From the NCBI GenBank assembly GCA_045863235.1, contig BTUM01000001.1:192001-256000 (forward strand): a stretch of DNA of 64,000 bases, written 5' to 3'. Of the stretch, positions 44,164-52,631 are shown piece by piece. Source of the stretch: Candidatus Xenobia bacterium. GTDB lineage: Bacteria > Vulcanimicrobiota > Xenobia > Xenobiales > QWHO01. A program made the translations under genes and the position numbers. The number at the start of each line of letters is the position of its first letter. Position 1 is the stretch's first letter. The notes under the pieces are model-generated. The model had not been told where the DNA came from and searched no databases. It saw nothing but the letters and a program-made list of their open reading frames with translations.

Positions 44164-46947
44164 ATGGGCCTGCGCATTCGTATGCTGGGTGGCTTTGAGG
44201 TCACCAGCGACGGTCGCCCGCTGGACACCGGGGCGGCTCCTCGCTGCTGCACCTTGCTCGCCTATCTGCTGCTCTTCCCACGGAGCCACTCCCGGGCCGA
44301 CTTGGCGGCCCGCTTCTGGCCCGAATCCGAAGAGTCGCAGGCCCGCACCAACCTGCGCCGCGAGCTGCACCACCTGCGCCACAGCCTCCCCCAGGTCGGG
44401 GCCCTGCTGCGCATGACCGCGCGCACGGTCGAGTGGGCGGGTGGGGCAGAGGTCGACCTGCACGAGCACCTGCAGGCCCTGGAGCGCTCTCGCCAGGCAG
44501 TCGACCCCGACGAGGAGGCCGCGGCTCTGGAGCAAGCTCTGCAGGCCTACGGAGGAGAGCTGTTGCCCGGGTGCTTTGAGGAGTGGGCCCTGGACGAGCG
44601 AGAGCGCCTCCAGGATGCGGTGACCGAAGCGCTCGAGCGCTTGATCGCACTCTATGAGGGTCGACAGCCGCGTCAGGCCCTCAGTGCCGCCCGCCGGCTG
44701 GTGCGTCACGATCGGCTGCGCGAGTCCGGCTATCGGGCCGTGATCCGTCTGTGCCAGCGGCTCGGCGAGCAGGCGGCTGCCCAGGCCGCCCTGCAAGAGT
44801 GCCAGCGGGTCTTTCGCCAGGAGCTGGGCGTGGAGCCGGACCTGGCCACCCCGGCTGTCGCGCCGCGAGCCCATCCCCCCCGCCTCTCTCCCCTCGTGGG
44901 GCGGGCCGCCGAGTGGCGCCAGATTCAAAGTTGGTGGAACTCGCCGCGGGTCTTGTTGCTGGTGGGAGAGTCAGGCATCGGCAAGAGCCGTCTGCTGGCC
45001 GAGCTGCAATCCTGGGCTCAAGAGCGCGGCAGCTCCGTGCTCTCGGCCCGGGCCTACGCGGCCGAGCGCAGTCGTCCTTACGGCTTGATCGTGGATGCGC
45101 TGCGGGGGACCGAAGCCTGGCTTGATTCGAGCCAGGGCCCTCGCCTGGACGACCTGGTGGCCCACCTGGTCCGCCCTGGAAGGCCCGATGCGCCCGTCCT
45201 GCTGCTGTTCGACGACCTGCAGTGGGCCGACGAGGCCTCTTTGTCGGTGCTGCACTACGCCTCTCGCCTGCTGACCCAGGCCCCGGTGGTCATGGCCTGG
45301 GCCGTGCGCTCGGGGGAGGAGCCGTCGATGCTCACCAGCCTGGTGCGCGAGGGTCGCCTGGAGCGGCTGGAAGTTGGTCCCCTGAGCCCTCAGGCGTCCG
45401 CCGAGCTGGCCCAGACCGTGGGCGCTCGGCCCGAGGACCCGGAGGCCTTCTGGCAGCGGTGTGGGGGCAATCCCCTGTATGCCACCGAGTTGGCCCGCCA
45501 GCCCGGCCTGGAGGGGCTGACCAACCTGGTTCGGGCCCGCCTCGATGACCTGGGTAAGCGCGAGCGCGAGCTGGTGTGCTGGCTGTCAGCGCTGGGAACA
45601 GGAGCCGACCTGGCCGTTCTCAGCCCCATTGCCGGGCTTTCCCTGCCGGAGCTCGCCCAGGCGGCCGAGAGCCTGGAGGCAGCCGGCCTGCTGCGCCCGG
45701 GAGCGGTGGGGTACGACTTCGCCCACGACCTGGTGCGCGAGATCGCCTACCAGAGCCTGACGCCGCCCCGGCGCCGCTTGCTGCATCTGCACATCGCCCG
45801 GGCCCTGACCGGGCCCAGCGAGGTGGCCCGCCACGCCTCGCTGGCTGGCGAGTCGGCCTGGGCCGCTCAGGCCTACCTGGAGGCCGCTCACCTTTCCATG
45901 CGCCTTCTGGCCTTTCGTGACGCGCGCCGTCAGGCTCGCCTGGGCTGGGAGGAGGTGAGCCGGCTCTCCCCGGTCGAGAGCCTGGAGCTGCGGCTCAGCC
46001 TTTTGCAGGCATGGATCACGACCGGTCCCAGCCCGGAGGAGGCGTCCGAGGTGGAAGGCCACCTGCGCGATCTGCTGCGCCTGGCGACCGAGCTGGGGCG
46101 GCGCGAGGAGCAGGCGGCCGTGCTCGGTTTGCTGGTGCTGGTGCAGTTCGACGAGGATGCCCTGGCGCAGGTGCAGGAGAGCTCGCGCCGGGTGGCCGAG
46201 CTGGTGCAGTCGGCCAGCCCGCGCTCGCGCGCCCAGGGACTGGCCCGCACCGGTTACTGCCTGGCCGCGATCGGTCGCGAGGTTTCCCGGGCGGAAGCTC
46301 TGCTCTATCAGGCTCAGGACCTGGAGCCTTCGCTCTATGAGGTGGACATCGGGCTGGGTCTGGTCTCGTGGCACCGCGGACAACTCGCTGACAGCGCCCA
46401 GCACCTGGGCCGGGCTCTGGAGCGTTGTCGTCAGGCCAGCGACGCGGCTCGCGCCTCCTTTTGCCTGGCCCGGCTGGCCTGGCTTGCCCTGGAGGCCGGG
46501 CAGGGAGATCAGGCCTGCGAGCACGCCCGAGAGCTGAGCCGGCTGGCCCGCCAGCGGGAGGACGCGGCCGACGAGGCGGGAGCTGAGGCGGTGCAGGCCC
46601 TGGTCGCCTACCTGGCCCGGCCCGACGACCCGAGCGAGCTGGAGCAAGCTCTGGAGCTGATGCGCAGTCTGGGCTCGCGGCGTTCTCTGGCTCAGCTCCT
46701 GCTGGTGGCCGCCCGAGACGAGCCCGCTCCCGAGCGTGGGCGGACCTGGGCCCGTCAGGCTCTGGGCCACGCGGCGGCCGTGGGAGACGCCGACCTGACC
46801 GTTCGGGCCCAGCTCCTGGCCGGAGAGCAGGCCATCTTGCCGGCTGGCGTGGAACTGAGCCATCAGACCAGAGAGTTGATGGGAGGAGCCGATGCAGTCC
46901 GAACCGATCATCCTGGCCGAGGTGCGGCACGATCCGCCCCTGGATGA
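44164..46947 (+). CDS. SARP/BTAD-AAA-TPR transcriptional regulator
   Basis: LGGF wHTH, BTAD (EW...ER.RL, RELGVEP), GESGIGKS, DDLQWAD, GGNP. Confidence 0.9.
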   Translation: MGLRIRMLGGFEVTSDGRPLDTGAAPRCCTLLAYLLLFPRSHSRADLAARFWPESEESQARTNLRRELHHLRHSLPQVGALLRMTARTVEWAGGAEVDLHEHLQALERSRQAVDPDEEAAALEQALQAYGGELLPGCFEEWALDERERLQDAVTEALERLIALYEGRQPRQALSAARRLVRHDRLRESGYRAVIRLCQRLGEQAAAQAALQECQRVFRQELGVEPDLATPAVAPRAHPPRLSPLVGRAAEWRQIQSWWNSPRVLLLVGESGIGKSRLLAELQSWAQERGSSVLSARAYAAERSRPYGLIVDALRGTEAWLDSSQGPRLDDLVAHLVRPGRPDAPVLLLFDDLQWADEASLSVLHYASRLLTQAPVVMAWAVRSGEEPSMLTSLVREGRLERLEVGPLSPQASAELAQTVGARPEDPEAFWQRCGGNPLYATELARQPGLEGLTNLVRARLDDLGKRERELVCWLSALGTGADLAVLSPIAGLSLPELAQAAESLEAAGLLRPGAVGYDFAHDLVREIAYQSLTPPRRRLLHLHIARALTGPSEVARHASLAGESAWAAQAYLEAAHLSMRLLAFRDARRQARLGWEEVSRLSPVESLELRLSLLQAWITTGPSPEEASEVEGHLRDLLRLATELGRREEQAAVLGLLVLVQFDEDALAQVQESSRRVAELVQSASPRSRAQGLARTGYCLAAIGREVSRAEALLYQAQDLEPSLYEVDIGLGLVSWHRGQLADSAQHLGRALERCRQASDAARASFCLARLAWLALEAGQGDQACEHARELSRLARQREDAADEAGAEAVQALVAYLARPDDPSELEQALELMRSLGSRRSLAQLLLVAARDEPAPERGRTWARQALGHAAAVGDADLTVRAQLLAGEQAILPAGVELSHQTRELMGGADAVRTDHPGRGAARSAPG

Positions 46948-47158
46948 GGCCCGCAAGCAGGAAGTTTTCCCTCGGCTGGATGCTTGTCTTGCAGCCCGGT
47001 CGCTGCAGTGGCTCGGAAGCTTCATTTCGGCGGATGGAAGGCTGACCATCTGCCAGTTTGCCGGGACGGACGTGGACAGCGTTCGGGAAGCCTATGAGAC
47101 GGCGGGAATTCCGGCCACCCGGGTTTTCGTGGCCCACCCCATCATGCCGCCGCCCTGA
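46892..47158 (+). CDS. DUF4242-like small protein
   Basis: W..S..S.DG..TIC.F...D..SVREA...AG. Confidence 0.7.
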   Translation: MQSEPIILAEVRHDPPLDEARKQEVFPRLDACLAARSLQWLGSFISADGRLTICQFAGTDVDSVREAYETAGIPATRVFVAHPIMPPP

Positions 47159-47176
47159 TTCTGGATCAACGCGCCG

Positions 47177-47219
47177 GAACGCTCTCGGAACGCTTCGCGA
47201 ACGGTTGATCCTCTAAGCT
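47177..47219 (+). promoter_or_regulatory. SARP-type box: three heptamers at 11-bp period, 8 nt upstream of a -10
   Basis: GAACGCT 47177, GAACGCT 47188, GAACGGT 47199, TAAGCT 47214. Confidence 0.65.
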
Positions 47220-47262
47220 GCTCTTGTGGGTGGACGACCACCCCCCAAAGGAGACAGCGACG

Positions 47263-47685
47263 ATGTCCATACCCCTTCTGGTGCTGCTCGCCTTCGCCGG
47301 CTGGACGCTGGCGGTGCTGCTGGGCTTCATCGGAACCTACCGCTGGAGCCGCATCCTGACCGGACGGGCCCAGCTCACCGACTTCCGCCCCGACGTGCCC
47401 CACGGCAGCGACCTGTATCGACGGGCCATGCGCGCCCACGCCAATTGCCTGGAGAGCCTGCCGGTCTACGCCGCCATCGTGGTGGTCCTCACCGCCACCG
47501 GGCTCTCGAGTCCCTGGCTCGACGCCCTGGCTGTGACGTTCCTGGTGGCGCGCGTGTTCCAGAGCCTGACCCACATCCTGCTGCCCGAGACCAACCGGGC
47601 GGTGGCCCTGCGCTTCTCGTTCTTCTTGCTCCAGCTCGTGTGCATGGGCTGGATGGGCCTGACGGCCCTGACTCAAACGGCTTAA
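47263..47685 (+). CDS. MAPEG-family membrane protein
   Basis: RAMRAHANCLESLP, AR..Q...H; AAGGAG SD. Confidence 0.88.
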   Translation: MSIPLLVLLAFAGWTLAVLLGFIGTYRWSRILTGRAQLTDFRPDVPHGSDLYRRAMRAHANCLESLPVYAAIVVVLTATGLSSPWLDALAVTFLVARVFQSLTHILLPETNRAVALRFSFFLLQLVCMGWMGLTALTQTA

Positions 47686-47696
47686 GGAGGCTTCCG

Positions 47697-48452
47697 ATGA
47701 TCAACCGAATCCCGGGTTTTCTCTACGGTGTGGCCAGCTATCTGGTCTTCTTCCTCACCTTCCTCTACGCGGCGGGCTTTGTCAGCAACGTGGGAGTGCC
47801 CAAGTCGATCGACTCCCCCCGCCCCGGTCCGCTCTGGGAGGCGCTGCTGGTGGATGCCCTCTTGCTGGCGCTTTTCGCGGTGCAGCACAGCGGCATGGCT
47901 CGCCCTGCCTTCAAGAAATGGTGGACCCGCTACGTGCCTGTGGAGCTCGAGCGCAGCACCTACGTCCTCTTCTCCAGCCTGGCCCTGATCGCTTTGTTCG
48001 TCCTGTGGCAGCCGCTGGGCGGCGCGCTGTGGAGCTTCGAGGGCCCTCTCGGTGCGCTCCTGGCCGGCCTCGGCCTGCTGGGCTGGGCCCTGGTGCTGAC
48101 CTCGACCTTCCTGATCAACCACTTCGACCTGTTCGGCCTGCGCCAGGTGTGGCTTTATCTTCTCGACCGACCTTACACCCAGCTCAGCTTCAAGCTGGTC
48201 GGCCCTTACCGCTACGTGCGGCATCCCCTCTACGTGGGCTGGCTCTTCGCCTTCTGGGGGACCCCCACGATGACCGTGACCCACCTCTTTTTCTCGCTGG
48301 TCACCACGGCTTACATCCTGATGGCCATCGGCTGGGAGGAGCGCGACCTGATGGCGGCTCATCGCGAGTATGCCGAGTATCGTAAGAACGTGCCCGCTCT
48401 CTGCCCCCACCTGCGCCGCCAGGACGCCGCCGCTCTGGCCGTCTCGGCCTGA
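47697..48452 (+). CDS. mddA: Methanethiol S-methyltransferase-like (ICMT/NnrU family)
   Basis: FAVQHSGMARP.FK.WW, ERSTYV, INHFDLFGLRQ, VRHPLY, EERDL. Confidence 0.8.
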   Translation: MINRIPGFLYGVASYLVFFLTFLYAAGFVSNVGVPKSIDSPRPGPLWEALLVDALLLALFAVQHSGMARPAFKKWWTRYVPVELERSTYVLFSSLALIALFVLWQPLGGALWSFEGPLGALLAGLGLLGWALVLTSTFLINHFDLFGLRQVWLYLLDRPYTQLSFKLVGPYRYVRHPLYVGWLFAFWGTPTMTVTHLFFSLVTTAYILMAIGWEERDLMAAHREYAEYRKNVPALCPHLRRQDAAALAVSA

Positions 48453-48455
48453 GCT

Positions 48456-49310
48456 CTACGGTTTCGTCACTGGCTCGAGGCGCTCTACAATCCACGCGAA
48501 GGTCTCCTCCAGAGCCTGTCGGCCCAGGGGATTGCGAAAGTCGTGCCCCAGCCCCGGGATACGCCGTACCTGCAGGTTCGATCCCATCGCCGCCTGCAAC
48601 TCGGCCACGCTGACCGGAGAGCACTGCGGGTCGTCCTCACCTTGCACGAGCAAAACCGGGATGTCGGGGCCCAGGCTGACCAGGCTGGGCCCGGGCGAGA
48701 GCGGCAGGGCGCTGGCCCACCAGCGGTAAGTGTTTCGAGCCAGCTGTCCGTCCGAGCCCCACTCCAGCTGCCAGGTGGGGTTCTTCTTCATGGTCTCCAA
48801 CTCGGCCCGGATCTGTTCCAGAGGGGCTCCCTGCTTGGCCATCTCGGCCAGCAGCTCGCGCTCGAAGGGCCAGGCGCCACCGCTGGCGATCAGCACCACG
48901 GCACGCGTCTCCTCCACCAGCGGAGCTACCAGGGCGGCTACCAGGCCGCCCTCCGAGCCCCCGACGACCACCAGCCGTCTGTCCCAGTCGCTCTCGCATC
49001 GGCGCAGATGGGCCAGCACCTGCAGGCAGTCCAGGACCCGATTGGGCACGGTGTTTTCGCGCAGGTACTCCTCGGGGCAGCCGGTGGCCGAGGGCGTCAA
49101 TCCGCGTTTCTCGATGCGCAGCACGGCGATGCCCTGCACGGTCAGGCTGCGGGCATAGTCGTCGTAGGGTGGTCGTTGCACCGAGGCGCACTCCGAGCCC
49201 TGCAGCAGCAGAACCAGCGGGTAGGGCCGCGCATCCGGGCGGTCAAGGCGGTAATGCAGCTCGGAGCCGTCGGGCCGGGGTAACAGGAGCAGAAACAGTA
49301 GGTACAGCAC
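48456..49310 (-). CDS. Alpha/beta hydrolase
   Basis: GGSEGG nucleophile elbow, QGEDD, GH. Confidence 0.85.
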   Translation of the reverse strand: MLYLLFLLLLPRPDGSELHYRLDRPDARPYPLVLLLQGSECASVQRPPYDDYARSLTVQGIAVLRIEKRGLTPSATGCPEEYLRENTVPNRVLDCLQVLAHLRRCESDWDRRLVVVGGSEGGLVAALVAPLVEETRAVVLIASGGAWPFERELLAEMAKQGAPLEQIRAELETMKKNPTWQLEWGSDGQLARNTYRWWASALPLSPGPSLVSLGPDIPVLLVQGEDDPQCSPVSVAELQAAMGSNLQVRRIPGLGHDFRNPLGRQALEETFAWIVERLEPVTKP

Positions 49311-49374
49311 GCCTCAGTTTACTCGACCACCCCTGACAGGGGAAGGTGGGTCGGTCGACCGAATCATCGCCTCG

Positions 49375-50598
49375 ATGCTGTTGATGCCTCGAGCCGTGTG
49401 CCTGGTGGTGGACGCGCTCGAAGACGGGATCCCCCTGGAGGCTTGTGAGCTCGAAGCCTGCACTCACGAGCTCGAGCGGTTGCGAGCCTGGCTCGGCGAG
49501 CAGGGTGACTTCTCCCTCGACGAAGCCGAGGAGGTCGAGTTTGCCAACCTCGCGGTCATCCTGGACGAGGTCCAGCACGCCTCCACCACCGAGGGTTTCA
49601 CCGACCGCGCGGTCGAGCTCTATGACCGCGCTCGCAAGCTGCGCCTGCGACGAGAGGCCCGGGCACTCAGTCCCCATCCGGCTGTCAACGAGTTCTTGCA
49701 GGCCGGCTGGGCCTTTTTGCGACGTCGGGCGGCCCCCGCCGCCGTGCAGCGACGCATGCCGGCTGTCCGCGCTTACCTGGATGAGGCCGCCCGGCGCCTG
49801 GAGCGCTATCGTCCCCATCTCCCGCCCGAGGTGGGGCGAGCGCTGGAGATAGGGTGGAGCCAGGCGGATCGTTCTTATGCTGCCCTGTTGCAGCCCTCGG
49901 ACCAGCTCGAGTCGCTGCTCGGCCGTCTTCAGGAGGGAACCGAGCTCTTGCAGCACCTCTACGCCTGCGAGCGAAAGGTTGAGCGCCAGGTGCTGTCGGG
50001 CTATCAAAGCTATCGATTTCCCCTGGGGGACGAGTTCGAGATGGCTCTCCAGAGCGCTCCCGCTTCGTACGCCTACCTGGCCGGGGAGGCCCTCCCTCGC
50101 CTGCGTCAAGAGTGGGAGGATCTGCGCGCCGAGCTGGTCTTGCCGCCCGAGCTGGGCGTGGAGCTGCCTTACCGATTCGAGATGCTGCTCGACTCGCTTG
50201 AGCGGTGCCTGCTCGGCCAACAGGACCCGCTGCCTCTGCTGCGGGAACTGTCCGAGCTGTATGAGGCGATGCAGTCGGCTCGCCTCAAGAACCCCGAGCC
50301 CGGGACTCAGGCTGGCCAGCTCTGGGAGCTGGCTGCGGCTGTGCTGGCCGGACGCCTGCCGCGGGCTTATCTGCGACTGTGTCTGGAACGGTGCCAGGCC
50401 ATTGATGACGCTTTTGGTGAATTTCTGCAAACCGGCCAGGAAGCTGACCTGATGGCCGCTCTGCAGCTGATGCTCCAGCGTGTTCCAGGTCCGAGCGATG
50501 CCCCCGTGAACTGGACCTGTCCCACCTGCCAGCGGGAAAACTTCTTTGCCGCCCCGCGCTGCGCGGGTTGCTCGGGTCTACGCCCTCAGAAGGCCTGA
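49375..50598 (+). CDS. Helical protein with C-terminal RanBP2-like Zn finger
   Basis: WTCPTC..EN.....RC..C. Confidence 0.7.
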   Translation: MLLMPRAVCLVVDALEDGIPLEACELEACTHELERLRAWLGEQGDFSLDEAEEVEFANLAVILDEVQHASTTEGFTDRAVELYDRARKLRLRREARALSPHPAVNEFLQAGWAFLRRRAAPAAVQRRMPAVRAYLDEAARRLERYRPHLPPEVGRALEIGWSQADRSYAALLQPSDQLESLLGRLQEGTELLQHLYACERKVERQVLSGYQSYRFPLGDEFEMALQSAPASYAYLAGEALPRLRQEWEDLRAELVLPPELGVELPYRFEMLLDSLERCLLGQQDPLPLLRELSELYEAMQSARLKNPEPGTQAGQLWELAAAVLAGRLPRAYLRLCLERCQAIDDAFGEFLQTGQEADLMAALQLMLQRVPGPSDAPVNWTCPTCQRENFFAAPRCAGCSGLRPQKA

Positions 50599-51227
50599 GC
50601 GGGCTGTTGGGCCGCGTAGGCTCCCGCCGCCCCGATGACGGGGCCGGTTGACAGTCCGACCTGACCGTTGCTGCCGATCCCGGTCAGGGCCGCCCGATTG
50701 GGACCGAACGGGGTGTTCACCTGGATGTTATTGGCGGTGTAGACTTCGTTCTGGGAAAAGCGCCCGTCCCCGTTGGTGTCGGAAAGGACCCGCGCGCCCC
50801 CCTGCATCAGCTCGTTCTGGCCCAGCTGGCCATTGCCGTCCAGGTCATACTTTTCGCCGAACTTCTCGCGCATCTTCTGGGCCACCATTCCCTCGAGCCC
50901 GGCCACCTTGCCGTCTCCGTTGAGATCGTTGTCGCCCGAGAACACCTTGAGCATGGCCCGGGACTCTTCGATCTCCTTGCCGGTCATCTTGCCGTCCTTG
51001 TTCATGTCGAAGGCCAGCACCCCGTCATTTCTATCGAAGGTCCCGTTGTTGTTGAAGTCGAGCGCGTAGCCCTGCTTGTTCTGGCCGGCAACATTGGCGT
51101 AAGTCGCGTTGGGGATGGCCTGGGTGACACCCGACTGCACCGGAGGGGCCTGGACCCCCTCGCCCGCCACCTTGTGGTCGACGTTGGTGATGGGAAGGAA
51201 CTGGGCCAGTTGGCTGGGTCCGAGCAT
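50586..51227 (-). CDS. Dx[DN]xDG Ca-binding repeat protein
   Basis: DFNNNG, DMNKDG, DLNGDG, DLDGNG, DTNGDG; GAGGAGG SD before ATG 51227. Confidence 0.8.
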   Translation of the reverse strand: MLGPSQLAQFLPITNVDHKVAGEGVQAPPVQSGVTQAIPNATYANVAGQNKQGYALDFNNNGTFDRNDGVLAFDMNKDGKMTGKEIEESRAMLKVFSGDNDLNGDGKVAGLEGMVAQKMREKFGEKYDLDGNGQLGQNELMQGGARVLSDTNGDGRFSQNEVYTANNIQVNTPFGPNRAALTGIGSNGQVGLSTGPVIGAAGAYAAQQPAQAF

Positions 51228-51510
51228 TTGTGCAGGCCTCCTCGCGTTCGCTTTGGATGCCTTGATTATCCGGTCTGGGCATGGACCAATGCTATGCACT
51301 TTTCCGTGAACTGGATGAACTTATTGTTTCCGAGTGTTGCCAATTGAAACACCAGCGTTCCGGACCCGAACAGGAGCGTCCTTATGCTGCGTAATATCCT
51401 CTAGCCCGACGCTGGGCGTTCAGGGAAGCCAATCCAGCGACTCCTCAGTTGGTGGACAGTTAACAAACGTACCCCAGACCCCCCCGGGTCCCCTGACTAT
51501 AGTGGGCGCC

Positions 51511-51972
51511 ATGAACACGATGAATTTCAGCGAAAGCTACACCTACCGACCGGGCCAGGTCCCGCCCAAAGAGGATTGGAGCGCCAGCGTTTCCTACCAG
51601 CGCGCCGAAGCGATGCACCAGACGGCTGAGCGCACGGCCGACTTCTTCCAGCGCTCTGACAACGGTGAGTTCGACGTCGATCCTCGCGAGGGGTATGTCC
51701 GACTGAAGAACGCGCCCGCCCCCGAGTTGCTCGAGCGCACCACGACCACGGTGACCGGCTTGCGGACCCCGGACGGCGACCTGCAGGTGACCGGCGAGAA
51801 CTCCGACGCGGCCCACCAGGCCAACTACGCGCCCACCACGCTGGCCATCCAGGGCCAGGAGGTCATCATGGACAGGCCTGTCTATCTCAACGACCGCTAC
51901 ATGAGCACGATCGAGAGCCTGAAGGACAACCCGGACGGCACCCGCACCTTCTCGATGAGCTACTACCAATAG
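51511..51972 (+). CDS. Hypothetical protein
   Basis: ATG 51511 after TATAGT-N7. Confidence 0.7.
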   Translation: MNTMNFSESYTYRPGQVPPKEDWSASVSYQRAEAMHQTAERTADFFQRSDNGEFDVDPREGYVRLKNAPAPELLERTTTTVTGLRTPDGDLQVTGENSDAAHQANYAPTTLAIQGQEVIMDRPVYLNDRYMSTIESLKDNPDGTRTFSMSYYQ

Positions 51973-52496
51973 TTACTCCGCTCTACTACGACTGTCAGGA
52001 GCTCGAGCAGCGCCTCCAGGCAGGGCCGAAGTCCGTTTTTCTGGCGGGACCGACCTCCCGCGGCGGGCGTACACCCTGGCGCCGAGAGGCGCTGCGTCTT
52101 TTCGAGCGGGCTGGTTTCGAGGGGATTGTGGTGCTGCCGGAGTTCCAGGACCGATTCTTCGAGGAGGCTGCTCCGGTCGTCTTCGGCCCGGGGGAGAGCT
52201 CGGTCCCCGGCATGCGCACAGTGAGCTACAACATCTTGCGCTGGGAAACCACCGGGATCGAGAGCTCCACGCGGGTGCTGTTCTGGATGCCCTTCAGCAT
52301 GGAGGATTCGCTCCCGGGCTTCACCACTCGCGCCGAGGTCTCGCGCGAAATCGCCCGGGCACCCCACCGCATCGTCGTTGGGATGCCTGCGGGAACGCTC
52401 TCAGGGGGACACATCCGCTATCACGCCCACCAGGCCGGGCTGACCATGCACCCGAGCCTCGAGGAGACCGTCCGGGCGGTCCTGGATAGACTGTAG
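51969..52496 (+). CDS. Nucleoside 2-deoxyribosyltransferase-like protein, start codon atypical
   Basis: Frame upstream of 52128 reads SVFLAGPT...WR..A; later WE...FW...LPGFTT..E. Confidence 0.6.
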   Translation: MVTPLYYDCQELEQRLQAGPKSVFLAGPTSRGGRTPWRREALRLFERAGFEGIVVLPEFQDRFFEEAAPVVFGPGESSVPGMRTVSYNILRWETTGIESSTRVLFWMPFSMEDSLPGFTTRAEVSREIARAPHRIVVGMPAGTLSGGHIRYHAHQAGLTMHPSLEETVRAVLDRL

Positions 52497-52631
52497 CTGT
52501 TCTACTCCCTCGCATCGACTGTGGGATGAATTCTCAACAGGTTGAACTTCGTCGCATCGCCCGTGCCACAACACTTGGAAGCGGTTCGAAACGAGTTTCT
52601 CACCGCACGTTTCGTGGCCCGGCGACGAAGT

